64,000 nt of DNA, from assembly GCA_038212275.1 (NCBI GenBank), contig JBBQUR010000003.1:96001-160000 (forward strand), read 5' to 3'. The position numbers and the translations under genes were made by a program. The notes under the pieces were generated by a model. It worked only from the letters and a program-made list of their open reading frames with translations. It searched no databases and was not told where the DNA came from. This document shows positions 9,599 through 19,119 of the stretch, piece by piece. The DNA is from Planctomycetota bacterium (lineage in GTDB: Bacteria > Planctomycetota > B15-G4). Numbering within the stretch: position 1 is the stretch's first letter; every line of letters starts with the position of its first letter.

Positions 9599-10651
9599 AT
9601 GCAACAGCTCACGCGCCGGTCTCTCCATGGCCGCGCTGCGACGGCATGCCGCGGCGCGCTCATCACCACGCTCTCGCTCGCCGTCTTCGGGCTCGGCGGT
9701 TGCGGCGACGGCACGCCAGCGACGGATGCCGCATCCGGCCACGCCGCGTCGCCGCGCCGGCTCGTCATCGGCCTCGTGGCCAAGAGTCAGAGCAATCCCG
9801 TGTTTCAGGCGGCGTATGCCGGCGCCAGGGCTGCGGCGGCGGAGCTGTCGGCCTCGCGCGGCATGGACATCGTCGTGGACTGGCAGACGCCCGCCGACGA
9901 GGACGCCCAGAAGCAGGCGCAGGCCATCGAGCAGCTCGCGCGCGCGGGCGCGGCCGGCATCGCGGTGTCGTGCAGCGACGCCAACACGCTGGCGCCCGCG
10001 ATCGACAAGGCCGTGGAACTCGGCGCGGTGGTCATGTGCTTCGACAGCGACGCGCCCACCAGCAAGCGCTTTGCCTTCTTCGGCACCGACGATGTCGCGT
10101 GCGGCGAGGCGGTCATGTCGGAGCTTGCCGCCGCGATGGGCGACAAGGGCGTCATCGCGATCCTCGCCGGCAACTCCTCCGCGCCCAATCTGCAGCACCG
10201 CGTGGACGGCGTGCGGAAGGAGCTGGCCAGGCACCCGCAGATGTCGCTGCTCGCCGACGGCGTCTACTACCACCCCGAGACGCCCGAGCAGGCGGCCGAG
10301 ACGCTGCAGCGTGCGCAGTCGAATCATCCGGAGATCGGCGGCTGGGCGCTGGTGGGCGGCTGGCCGCTCTTCACGCGCGGCGCGCTGCCGTGGGAGCCGG
10401 GCACGGTGAAGCTGGTCTCGGTGGACGCGTTGCCCGCGCAACTGGACTACCTCACCAGCGGCCACGCCGAAGTGCTTCTCGCGCAGGACTGCTTCGGCTG
10501 GGGCCATCGCTCCGTGACCGTCCTGGTGGAGAAAATCCTCGATGGCAGGACGCCCGACGGCGCGCCGCGCCTCATCGACCCGCTGACCCGCGTGCACAAG
10601 TCCGACGTCGCGGAGTGGAACGGCAAGTGGAAGGCGTGGCTCGGCAGGTGA
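9599..10651 (+). CDS. Sugar ABC transporter periplasmic binding lipoprotein (Peripla_BP_4)
   Basis: Lipobox LGGC; IGLVAKSQSNPVF, VMCFDSDAP, FFGTDD, VSVDALP. Alternative starts at 9587/9590. Confidence 0.9.
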   Translation: MQQLTRRSLHGRAATACRGALITTLSLAVFGLGGCGDGTPATDAASGHAASPRRLVIGLVAKSQSNPVFQAAYAGARAAAAELSASRGMDIVVDWQTPADEDAQKQAQAIEQLARAGAAGIAVSCSDANTLAPAIDKAVELGAVVMCFDSDAPTSKRFAFFGTDDVACGEAVMSELAAAMGDKGVIAILAGNSSAPNLQHRVDGVRKELARHPQMSLLADGVYYHPETPEQAAETLQRAQSNHPEIGGWALVGGWPLFTRGALPWEPGTVKLVSVDALPAQLDYLTSGHAEVLLAQDCFGWGHRSVTVLVEKILDGRTPDGAPRLIDPLTRVHKSDVAEWNGKWKAWLGR

Positions 10652-10726
10652 GCGCGGCGAGCGGAGCGGCCGACGAGCGCACGGTGGGGCGATGGGGGCG
10701 ATGGGGGCGGTGGGAGCGATGAGCGC

Positions 10727-12415
10727 ATGATCGAGCTGCGCGGCGTCGGCAAGCACTTCGGCGGCGTGGCGGCGCTGGAGGATGTGAGCCTGACGATCGT
10801 GCGCGGCGAGTGCCACGCGCTCATGGGCGAGAACGGCGCGGGCAAATCCACGCTGGGGCGCCTGCTTGCCGGCATTCACCGGCTCGATCGCGGCGAGCTG
10901 CTGCTCGACGGCGAGCGCCGCGACTTCCGCTCGCCGCGCGATGCGCTGGACGCCGGCATCGCGATGGTGCACCAGGAGCTGGCCTTCGTGCCGGAGCTGT
11001 CCGTCGCCGAGAATCTGTCGCTGGGCCGCATGCCGCGGCGTGGGCCGTTCACGGATCGTGCGGCGATGGAGAGCCGCGCGCGGGAGCTGCTCGCGCGTGT
11101 CGGCGCGGACCTCGACGTGCGCGCTCCGGTGCGCTCGCTGTCCACGGCGCAGGAGCAGCTCTTGCAGATCGCCGCGGCGGTGGGCAGCGGCGCGCGCGTG
11201 ATCGTCTTCGACGAGCCCACGTCGTCGCTGGCCGAGGCGGAGGCGCGGCGGCTCTTCGCGCTGATCCGCGAGTTGCGCGCGGAGGGCGCGACGATCCTCT
11301 ACGTGAGCCACCGCATGCCGGAGGTCTTCGCGCTGTGCGACCGCCTCTCCGTGCTGCGCGACGGCCGCCTCGTCGCGACGCGCGACGTGGCCGCGACGAA
11401 CACCGACGAGGTCGTGCGCCTCATGATCGGCCGCGACCTGCCGGCGGCGGCCGCCGGACCCGGCTCGCGCGACGCGCTCGACGCGCTCGACGGGCGCGAT
11501 GGGCGCGATGCGCGCGGCGTGGGCGTGCCGGAGGCGCTGCCGCGCGAGCTGCTGCGCGTGGAGGCACTCGCGTCGCCCGGGAAGTTCGCGGGCGTGAGCT
11601 TCACGCTGCGCGAGCGCGAGATCGTCGGCCTCGCGGGCCTCGTCGGCGCGGGGCGCAGCGAGGTGGCGCGCGCGCTGTTCGGCCTCGACCCGGCCGCGCG
11701 CGGCGGCATCACCGTCGCGGGGCGCGTGCTGCCCACGCGCGCGTCGCGGCGCACGCCGCGCCTCGCCATCGACGCCGGCCTCGCGCTCATCCCCGAGGAC
11801 CGCAAGCGCCAGGGCCTCGTGTCCTCGATGGGCGCCCGCATGAACTGGTCGCTGCCGCTGCTCGCGCGGTTGCGCTGGAGGCCCTTCGGCTCGCGGGCCG
11901 CGGCCGGTGCGGACCCGCCGGCCGGCGCGGACCCGCCGGGCGCTGCGGACCCGCCGGCCGGTGCGGACCCTCCGGGCGGCGGCAGCGCATGGCGTCTGCT
12001 GGACCGCCGCGCCGAGCGCGAAGGCGCCGCCGCCGCGCTCGCGCCACTGGCGGTGAAGATGGCCTCGCTCGACACGCCCGTCGCGCAGCTCTCCGGCGGC
12101 AACCAGCAGAAGCTCGTGCTCGCGCGCTGGCTCTCCACCGGCGCGCGCGTACTCCTCGCCGACGAGCCGACGCGCGGTGTGGACGTCGGCGCCAAGGCGC
12201 AGATCCACGCGCTGCTGCACGATCGCGCCGCGCAGGGCCTGGCCGTGCTGCTCATCTCGAGCGAGCTGCCGGAACTGCTCGCGCTCTGCGACCGAGTGCT
12301 CGTCATGCGCGGCGGCCGGCTCGTCGCGGAGCTGTCGCGCGGGGAGTTCAGCGAGGAGTCGCTGCTCCGGGCCATGGCGGGGGTGGATGCGGCGCTCTCG
12401 TCGCCCACGCCTTGA
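10727..12415 (+). CDS. Sugar ABC transporter ATP-binding protein (RbsA/MglA type, two NBDs)
   Basis: GENGAGKST, FDEPTSSL, GLVGAGRSE, PEDRKRQGL, LSGGNQQK, DEPTRGVDVGAK. Confidence 0.95.
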   Translation: MIELRGVGKHFGGVAALEDVSLTIVRGECHALMGENGAGKSTLGRLLAGIHRLDRGELLLDGERRDFRSPRDALDAGIAMVHQELAFVPELSVAENLSLGRMPRRGPFTDRAAMESRARELLARVGADLDVRAPVRSLSTAQEQLLQIAAAVGSGARVIVFDEPTSSLAEAEARRLFALIRELRAEGATILYVSHRMPEVFALCDRLSVLRDGRLVATRDVAATNTDEVVRLMIGRDLPAAAAGPGSRDALDALDGRDGRDARGVGVPEALPRELLRVEALASPGKFAGVSFTLREREIVGLAGLVGAGRSEVARALFGLDPAARGGITVAGRVLPTRASRRTPRLAIDAGLALIPEDRKRQGLVSSMGARMNWSLPLLARLRWRPFGSRAAAGADPPAGADPPGAADPPAGADPPGGGSAWRLLDRRAEREGAAAALAPLAVKMASLDTPVAQLSGGNQQKLVLARWLSTGARVLLADEPTRGVDVGAKAQIHALLHDRAAQGLAVLLISSELPELLALCDRVLVMRGGRLVAELSRGEFSEESLLRAMAGVDAALSSPTP

Positions 12416-12430
12416 ATTCCTGGCCGCGCC

Positions 12431-12547
12431 TCAGCAGTGCTGGAGCGCCAGGTAGACGACGGCGAAGAGGATGGCGGTGCCGAAGCAACCGCCACCGAAC
12501 TTCCAGGAGATGAGGCCTGCCAGCAATCCGCGTCCGGCGTTGTTCAT
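12431..12547 (-). CDS. 38-aa membrane microprotein MNNAGRGLLAGLISWKFGGGCFGTAILFAVVYLALQHC
   Basis: Hand translation; below the ORF-track cutoff. GGGAG SD upstream, GC3-rich codons, GGGCFGT motif followed by a hydrophobic helix. Confidence 0.7.
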   Translation of the reverse strand: MNNAGRGLLAGLISWKFGGGCFGTAILFAVVYLALQHC

Positions 12548-12637
12548 GGAAGTCACTCCCGCGCACGAGTCTCGCTGTGGCGCTGCCGAAAGTGAACCGC
12601 GCATTCCCGCCGACGATGCGCTTCTCCGTCCGCCCTC

Positions 12638-12718
12638 GAGGCGGCGAGCAAGGCGGCGAGCGAGGCGACGAGTGAGCCGGCGAGTCAGCCGGCGAGTCAG
12701 CCAGCGAGTCAGCCGGCG
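12638..12718. repeat. Degenerate 12-bp tandem repeat (about 7 copies, e.g. CAGCCGGCGAGT), intergenic
   Basis: gaggcggcgagc/aaggcggcgagc/gaggcgacgagt/gagccggcgagt/cagccggcgagt/cagccagcgagt/cagccggcg. Confidence 0.75.
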
Positions 12719-12758
12719 CTGCCCAGCGCGAGGCCGCTCTCACAGCGCGAGGCCGCGC

Positions 12759-13676
12759 TCACGGCGTGAGGCAGCTCACCCCGTTGCTTGCCGCGAAACC
12801 CTTCGGGCCCGCCGGATCCTGGATCCAGCTCTGGAACCAGAGGCTGACGAGGCCGGGGATGCCGACGGGCCACGTGCCGGGCAGCACGAGCGCGCCGGCG
12901 CCGCTGGTGGGGAAGGGGCCGAGCACGAGGTCGGGGCTGGGCACGAGCACGCCGCCCTTGAAGGGCGCGTTGGCGGCGCTGAAACCGATGAAGAGCCAGC
13001 TCGCGGCGGCGGACTTTGCGGAGGTCAGCGAGAGCGTGACCGGGTCGCCGCCAAGGCCAAGTCCCACGCCCGTCAGGGTCGGCAGGCCGGCCGTGCCGGC
13101 GAGCGCGCCGCCGACGCTCTTCCACGTCGCCACGACGGTGAGCTGCACGCCGAGGTCGCCGTCCGGGTCGGAGTTGTCGGCCCACTTGCCGTCGTGGTTG
13201 CCGACGAAGAGGTGCGTGGCGCCCGCGGGAATCTCGATGATCGCGTTGGCCTGGATCGCGCTGGTGATGCGGAAGTCCTCGGGCACATCGGTGGGCTGAC
13301 CGCCGGAGGCCGTGGGAGAGGAGATGAACTCCGGCCCCGCGTCGATCGCGTCGGGAATCCGGTGCAGCAGCTCCGGGCCCAGGATCACCGGGCTGCCGCT
13401 GAAGATGCCGATGAGGCTGAGGATCGTGTCGCCTGAAGGCCCGTTGTCCATGTCGCCCACACCCTGCATGAGCAGCGACTGGCCGGGCACCGCGCCCAGG
13501 CCCGCAAGCGCGATCGGCGTCGCGGGCACCGCGCTGTCGCTGGCCGCGATGTGCAGGTAGGCATCCTTCGGCCCGAGCGGGATGGTGAAGGTCTGGGCCC
13601 TGGCGGCGACGGGCGCGCTCCACGCGGCGGCGAGCAGAAGAGCGGGCACGATCAGGTGGTTCTTGCGGAGTCGCAT
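12759..13676 (-). CDS. Secreted hypothetical protein with beta-rich N-terminal domain and a ~100-aa C-terminal module (..WFQSWIQDPAGPKGFAASNG..)
   Basis: Signal peptide (ALLLAAAWSAPVAARA); good codon usage. Confidence 0.8.
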   Translation of the reverse strand: MRLRKNHLIVPALLLAAAWSAPVAARAQTFTIPLGPKDAYLHIAASDSAVPATPIALAGLGAVPGQSLLMQGVGDMDNGPSGDTILSLIGIFSGSPVILGPELLHRIPDAIDAGPEFISSPTASGGQPTDVPEDFRITSAIQANAIIEIPAGATHLFVGNHDGKWADNSDPDGDLGVQLTVVATWKSVGGALAGTAGLPTLTGVGLGLGGDPVTLSLTSAKSAAASWLFIGFSAANAPFKGGVLVPSPDLVLGPFPTSGAGALVLPGTWPVGIPGLVSLWFQSWIQDPAGPKGFAASNGVSCLTP

Positions 13677-13810
13677 GGCGGAGCCCTCGGGGAAGGAAAC
13701 GTGGGGCGCGGGGGTCAGAGTGGGCGCGCCCTGATCATGGCATCGGAAGTCCCCGGTGTGTGTGACTTGGTCCCGTGTCCGGACGTGAGGTTTTCTTCAG
13801 GGATCAGCCG

Positions 13811-14440
13811 ATGTCCGACCCGTTGCGCACAGTCCCGACTCTCCGCCGCGCCCTGGCCGGGGCGGCAGTGCTCGCGCTTGTGGCGGCGCTGCTTGTCAGC
13901 CGGATCGAGTGGCGCGCCGCGGGCGGTGATCCGGGCGCGATGATCGACGGGGCCGACGGTTTCGACAGGGCTGACGTGGTCGACGTGGTCGACGGGGTCG
14001 ACGGGGTCGACGCAGCTGGCGACCTCGAGCCGCGGGATCTGCGCGCCGCAGCGTTCAGCCAGCGGGAGGTGCTCGGCAGCGTGGCCGAGGTCGTCGTGCG
14101 CGAGGGCGATACGGCGGTCGTGAATTTCGTCGTGCCGAGTGGCGCGATCGTGCGCGGCGTCGTGCTCTTGGGCGAACGTCCGCTGCCCGGCGCCGTCGTC
14201 TACCACAGGCCTTTTCTCCAGGGGCTGTGCCAGCAGGCCTGGAGCATCCTCTGCGCCACGGCGCCAGACACCGTGATCACCGGCTCCGACGGGCGCTTCA
14301 CGCAGTCGGTCCCCTACGGCCGGGAGCTCGCCTTCTGGGCCGTGGCGCCTGACGGTTCACGGAGCGCGGAAACCCGACTCACCCTCAATACCGGCACGAC
14401 CTTCGATGTCGAATTGGCCGTGTCGAAGAGAAGGCCGTGA
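13811..14440 (+). CDS. Membrane-anchored protein with carboxypeptidase-regulatory-like (Cna-B-type) domain
   Basis: N-terminal TM; VRGVVLLGERPLPGAVV ... TGSDGRF motif. Confidence 0.65.
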   Translation: MSDPLRTVPTLRRALAGAAVLALVAALLVSRIEWRAAGGDPGAMIDGADGFDRADVVDVVDGVDGVDAAGDLEPRDLRAAAFSQREVLGSVAEVVVREGDTAVVNFVVPSGAIVRGVVLLGERPLPGAVVYHRPFLQGLCQQAWSILCATAPDTVITGSDGRFTQSVPYGRELAFWAVAPDGSRSAETRLTLNTGTTFDVELAVSKRRP

Positions 14441-14529
14441 TGCACACGGCGTTATGATCCGCAGGTCGCGCGTCACGAATGGCGGTCCGCGCGGACAGAC
14501 CTGGACGGCTCGGGGACGGCGGCGGCTTC

Positions 14530-16291
14530 ATGACCAGGACGCGCGAGACCCGCACGACGCTTGCCCGGGTCCTCGGCGCGGCGGTCCTGCTCGCCATGCT
14601 GCCGGTGCTCGCCGTGTGGTGGATCGAAGGCGACGGCGCGGGACAGCACGCGTCGGTCGGCGTGCTCTCTCTGCACGATGCTGCCTCGAACGGAACGCAG
14701 GTTGATGAGGTCGTGCGCCTGCGCGAGCCGCCGTCCACGCAGCCGCTTCGGGCCCCGGCGCGCGCTGCGATCGCGCCGCAAGTCGACGCCTTCGGCGCGC
14801 GGCTCGAGGAGCAGGGCTTCTTCTCCGGCGTGCCGCGCGCGTGGCTCGTGCCTTCTCGCATCATCGGTCGCGTCGTCGACGAGCGCGGCGCTCCGGTGGT
14901 CGGCGCGATCATCCAGCTCATGCCCGATGAAGCGACACTCGGCGTGGTGCGCCAGGCCGTCGGCTCGCTGCCGCCCGCGCGCCCGTCGGCATCGTCCGGC
15001 GCCGACGGGCGCTTCACGCTGGAGACGTGGCATGGCCTGCCGGGCGCGGGCATGCTGCCGCTCTCGTCCGGCAAGGGGACGCCCGCCGTGTCCATCACCG
15101 GCCCGACGAGTGCGACGCTGCGCGTGCGATGTCCCGGCTGGCGATCGGGCGTGTCGGATGTCGGCACGCAGGTGCTGCGCGCGGGCGCCGTGGTCGAGGG
15201 GCGCGTCGTGGACGGTGAGGGCCGTCCGTTGGCGGGTCTGGTCGGGCCGCGTGGAAGTCTCGCGCCTCGATGAGCTCGGCGCGGCGACGTCCTGGCGCAG
15301 AGCCTCGTTCGACAAAGAGGGGATCTTCGTCTTTCGCGGCTTGCGGCCCGGCGACTACGACACCCGGACATCCGAGGACGAAAACCCTGGCCCCGGTGTC
15401 CGCGTGATCGCGGGGCAGACCACGGAGGTTGACATCGTGGTGCCGCGCCCGCCGCTGCTGCGCGGACAGGTGCTCGCCGGCGACACGCCCATCGCCGGCG
15501 CACGGATCCAGTACGAGTTTCCGCGCAGCGCGGCCCCGGAAGACTGGGACGTGATCGCCGATGGAGGGAGGGCGCTCGACACGGCACGCAGCGACACGGA
15601 AGGGCGCTTCCTGCTGACGATTGCCGGCGCAGGCTCCATCACCGTGTGGGCGAGCATGAGCGGCGGCGGCGCGTCCGCGACCGTGCCGCTCACCGTCGCG
15701 CAGGATCAGGAGGCGACCGTCGTGCTGCGCATGGGTGCGGGGCGCCTGCAAGGCAGAGTCGTCGAGGCGATTGGCGGCGCTCCGGTGCACGGCGCGAAGG
15801 TGGGTGCAGGCAACTCCTTCGTCGCCGTCGACGCCGACGGCCGCTTCGACCTCTCGCACCTGCAGCCCGGCGAATACACGCTGCGCGCCGAGGCTCCCGG
15901 CCATCTGCCCGCCGCTTCCGCGCCGCTGATGCTGGCAGGCGACGAGACCGTGTCGGATCTCCTATTGGAACTCGTGCGCGCCGCAAGCCTGATCGTGACC
16001 GTGCTCGGGCCCGACGGCTTTCCCGTGGACGGCGCGCTGACCGTCGTCGCGTGGCCCGTCGACGGCGCCGTGCTGAGGCCCTGGAAGGACCTCCGCACGC
16101 AAGCCGGCAGCGTGACGATCGACTCGCTGCCGGCCGGCAACTACTGGGTCGGCCTTCCCGGGTCGGCCGCCCTGCAGTTCGCGCCGAACACTTCGATGGA
16201 CGATCGCGTCGACAACCGCGTCCCCGTGACGCTCGTGCCGGGCCAGACGCATGAAGTGACCCTGCACGTTGCGGAAGGCGCCGCTCGATGA
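14530..16291 (+). pseudogene. Multi carboxypeptidase-regulatory-like domain protein, frameshifted near 15235-15250
   Basis: Frame A (14530-15273) has GRVVDERGAPVVGA..SGADGRF and GRVVDGEGRPLAG. Frame B (to 16291) continues with GIFVFRGLRPGDY, GRVVEAIGGAPVHGA..DADGRFDLSHLQPGEYTLRAEAPG. Confidence 0.7.
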
Positions 16292-16411
16292 ACGGCGCGC
16301 GCCGACAGCGCACGACGCTTGCCTGGGTGCTCGGGGTCGGCCTGCCCGTGCGCGCCGCGACCATCGCCCCTGATGCCCGGGCGCGCTCCGGTCTGTAAGC
16401 TCTGCGGCCCC

Positions 16412-18625
16412 GTGACACTCCTCGTTCTCAACGACGTCCACAAGCACTGGCCCGGCCGCGACCTGCTCGAGGGCGCGTCGCTGCAGATCGATCCGGGCGA
16501 GAAGATCGGCCTCGTGGGGCCCAACGGCGCGGGCAAGACCACGCTGCTCAAGCTCATCATCGGCGAGGACGAGCCCGACGGCGGCAGCGTCACGCTGCGG
16601 CGCGGGGCGCGGCTCGGCTACGTGCCGCAACGGCCGGAGTTTCCGCGCGGCGTGACGGTGCGGCAGCACGTCGGCTCGGGCCTCGCGGAACTGCTCGCGG
16701 CGCTCGCGGAGCATCATCGTGTCAGCGAGGCGCTCTCGCACGGCACGCACGAGGACCGCGGCGAGCACGCGCTGGACGAGGCCGCGCTGCTCAAGCTCAT
16801 CGAGGAGCAGGACCGCCTCGGGCATCTCATCGAGACCCTCGGCGGCTGGCACGTGGAGAACCGCGTCGAGCAGGTGCTCGCGGGCGTCGGCCTCGCGCCG
16901 GGCCTGTGGGACCGCGAGGCCGCCACGCTCTCGGGCGGCGAGAAGAGCCGCACCGCGCTGGCGGCCGCGCTCGTCGGCGGGCACGAACTGCTCATCCTCG
17001 ACGAGCCCACCAATCACCTCGACCTGCACGGCATCGAGTGGATCGAGGAATACCTGCGCACGCTTTCCGGCGCCGTGCTCATCGTGAGCCACGACCGCCG
17101 GCTGCTCGACACCTCGGTGGACGCGATCGTCGAGCTGGAGCACGGCACGCTGTCGCGCTACCCCGGCGGCTACACCAAGTATCTGCGCCTGCGCGCCGAA
17201 CGCTACCTCGCCGAGCGCCGCGCCTGGGATGAGCAGCAGGAATACATCCGCAAGGAAGATGCCTTCATCCGCAAATACATGGGCGGCCAGCGCACGACGG
17301 AAGCGCGCGGCCGCCGCACGCGCCTCGCCAGCCTCAAGCGCCTGCCCGAGCCGCGCCACGACGTGCGCGCGCCGGTCATCCGCCTGCCGCCCGCCGCCGA
17401 GGGCGGCGAACTGGTGCTCGAAGCGCGTGAGCTGTCCGGCGGCTACGCGGCAGCGCCGGGAGGCAGCGCTGCGGCCGGTGGCACCGGTGCGTCCGGTGCT
17501 CGCGCTGCGCTCGGCGCGACCGGCGCGCGCGCGGCGGCCGGCAAGGCGCGTGCCCTGTTCGCCGGAGTGGACCTGCGCGTCGACAAGGGCATGCGCATCG
17601 GAATCGTCGGACGCAACGGCGCGGGCAAGACCACGCTGCTCAAGATTCTCGCGGGAAAGATGGCGCCGCTCGCGGGCGAGCTGCGCACCGGGCACAAGGC
17701 CGCGTGCGGCTACTACGACCAGGAGACCGCCGGCCTGCTGCACGACGGCACGCCGATGACCGAGATCCGCCGCGACCACGCGCTCATGGTGGACGGCGAG
17801 GTTCGCAGCTGGCTCGCGCGCTTCCTCTTCCGCGGCGACGACGTCGAGAAGGACGTGTCGAAACTCTCGGGCGGCGAGCGCGCGCGGCTCTCGCTGGCCA
17901 AGCTGGTGCTCAACGGGCCGACGTGGCTCGCGCTGGACGAGCCCACCAACCACCTCGACCTGCCCGGCCGCACCGCGCTGGAGGAAGCGCTCTCGGAATT
18001 CACCGGCGCAATGCTCTTCGTGAGCCACGACCGCGCCTTCCTCGACGGCCTCTGCACGCACATCATGGAAGTGGGCAACGAGGACGACCCGGTGGACCCT
18101 GGCGACGCGCCCGAGGCCGCGCGCCACCCGCCGCGCCGCGTGCGTCTCGTGCTCGGCAACTACAGCGAGTGGCACGCCCGCGTGCTGCGCGAACGCGGCG
18201 AGCGCCAGGTGCAGCGCAAGGAGGACGGCCCGCGCACGTCTGCGACGCCGAGCGCGTCGGCGGCGGCGGTGCCTGCAGCGGCTGCCTCCGCGCGAGCCGC
18301 GAAGGACGAGACGTCCGCGAAGTCCGCCCCGTCAGCGAAGCCCGAGAAGGCTGAGAAGGCCGAGAAGGCTGAGAAGGCCGAGAAGGCCGCCGCGAAAGTG
18401 CCCGCCGCATCGTCCGGCCCCGAGCGCGTGCGCAACCCGTTCCGATTCAAGCAGCTCGAGGCGCGCATCATGGAGCTCGAAAAGGAGCTGAAGCTGCTGC
18501 ACGCGAAGATCGCCAGCCCCGAGGTCTACCTCGCGCCCGACAAGTTGAAAGTCACCGGCCAGCGCCTCGCCGTCGTCGAGCAGGAACTCGCCGCGGCGAA
18601 CAGCGAGTGGGAGAACTGGGGGTAG
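16412..18625 (+). CDS. ABC-F family ATPase (Uup/YheS/YdiF-like, with C-terminal coiled coil)
   Basis: Two NBDs GPNGAGKTT / GRNGAGKTT, LSGGE x2, LDEPTNHLD x2, VSHDR; no TM. Confidence 0.95.
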   Translation: MTLLVLNDVHKHWPGRDLLEGASLQIDPGEKIGLVGPNGAGKTTLLKLIIGEDEPDGGSVTLRRGARLGYVPQRPEFPRGVTVRQHVGSGLAELLAALAEHHRVSEALSHGTHEDRGEHALDEAALLKLIEEQDRLGHLIETLGGWHVENRVEQVLAGVGLAPGLWDREAATLSGGEKSRTALAAALVGGHELLILDEPTNHLDLHGIEWIEEYLRTLSGAVLIVSHDRRLLDTSVDAIVELEHGTLSRYPGGYTKYLRLRAERYLAERRAWDEQQEYIRKEDAFIRKYMGGQRTTEARGRRTRLASLKRLPEPRHDVRAPVIRLPPAAEGGELVLEARELSGGYAAAPGGSAAAGGTGASGARAALGATGARAAAGKARALFAGVDLRVDKGMRIGIVGRNGAGKTTLLKILAGKMAPLAGELRTGHKAACGYYDQETAGLLHDGTPMTEIRRDHALMVDGEVRSWLARFLFRGDDVEKDVSKLSGGERARLSLAKLVLNGPTWLALDEPTNHLDLPGRTALEEALSEFTGAMLFVSHDRAFLDGLCTHIMEVGNEDDPVDPGDAPEAARHPPRRVRLVLGNYSEWHARVLRERGERQVQRKEDGPRTSATPSASAAAVPAAAASARAAKDETSAKSAPSAKPEKAEKAEKAEKAEKAAAKVPAASSGPERVRNPFRFKQLEARIMELEKELKLLHAKIASPEVYLAPDKLKVTGQRLAVVEQELAAANSEWENWG

Positions 18626-18654
18626 GTGATGGGATCGGTACGCGGAGCCCGGGC

Positions 18655-19116
18655 ATGACCGGGCGAGACAGACCCGACACGCCCGGCGCACCCGATGCGT
18701 CCGACGCCCACCCGCTGCACCCCGCCTACTTCACGACGCGCTTCCACACCGAGGCCGCGGTGCCAGCGTGGCCCGCAGAGTTCGTGATCCTCTCCGCCTG
18801 CGCGACGACAGGTGAGACGTGGTCCGCGGAGCGCACGGCGCAGGCCGACCGCGCGCTCGAGAGCGAGTTGCGCGAGCGCAGCACGTGGGTCGTGCGCATC
18901 ACCGGTTCTTCCCCGAGCGGCGACCACGCCGAGCCGAGCTGGGCCGCGATTCTGCCGCTACCCGACGCGCTCGATGTGGGCCGCCGCTTCCTGCAGGACG
19001 CGCTCTACATCGTCCGCGGCGATGCCCTTTCCGTGACGCGCTGCAGTGACGATGCGCCGCTCGTCCACGTGGGCTCCTTCGCGGCGCACCTCGACCAGCC
19101 TCGCGCAGACCACTGA
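18655..19116 (+). CDS. DUF3293 family protein
   Basis: FVILSAC..GE, ADRALESEL, HAEPSWA, GRRFLQDAL pattern. Confidence 0.75.
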   Translation: MTGRDRPDTPGAPDASDAHPLHPAYFTTRFHTEAAVPAWPAEFVILSACATTGETWSAERTAQADRALESELRERSTWVVRITGSSPSGDHAEPSWAAILPLPDALDVGRRFLQDALYIVRGDALSVTRCSDDAPLVHVGSFAAHLDQPRADH

Positions 19117-19119
19117 GGT

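Noticed and set aside
9233..12220. 995-aa minus-strand ORF and other very long ORFs (2948..5809 5' part, 30347..33214, 53782..56391, 15962..18175)
   Set aside because: High-GC shadow or alternate frames of well-supported genes, with Arg/Ala/Gly-rich composition and no motifs. Only the distal 9233-9442 part was kept.
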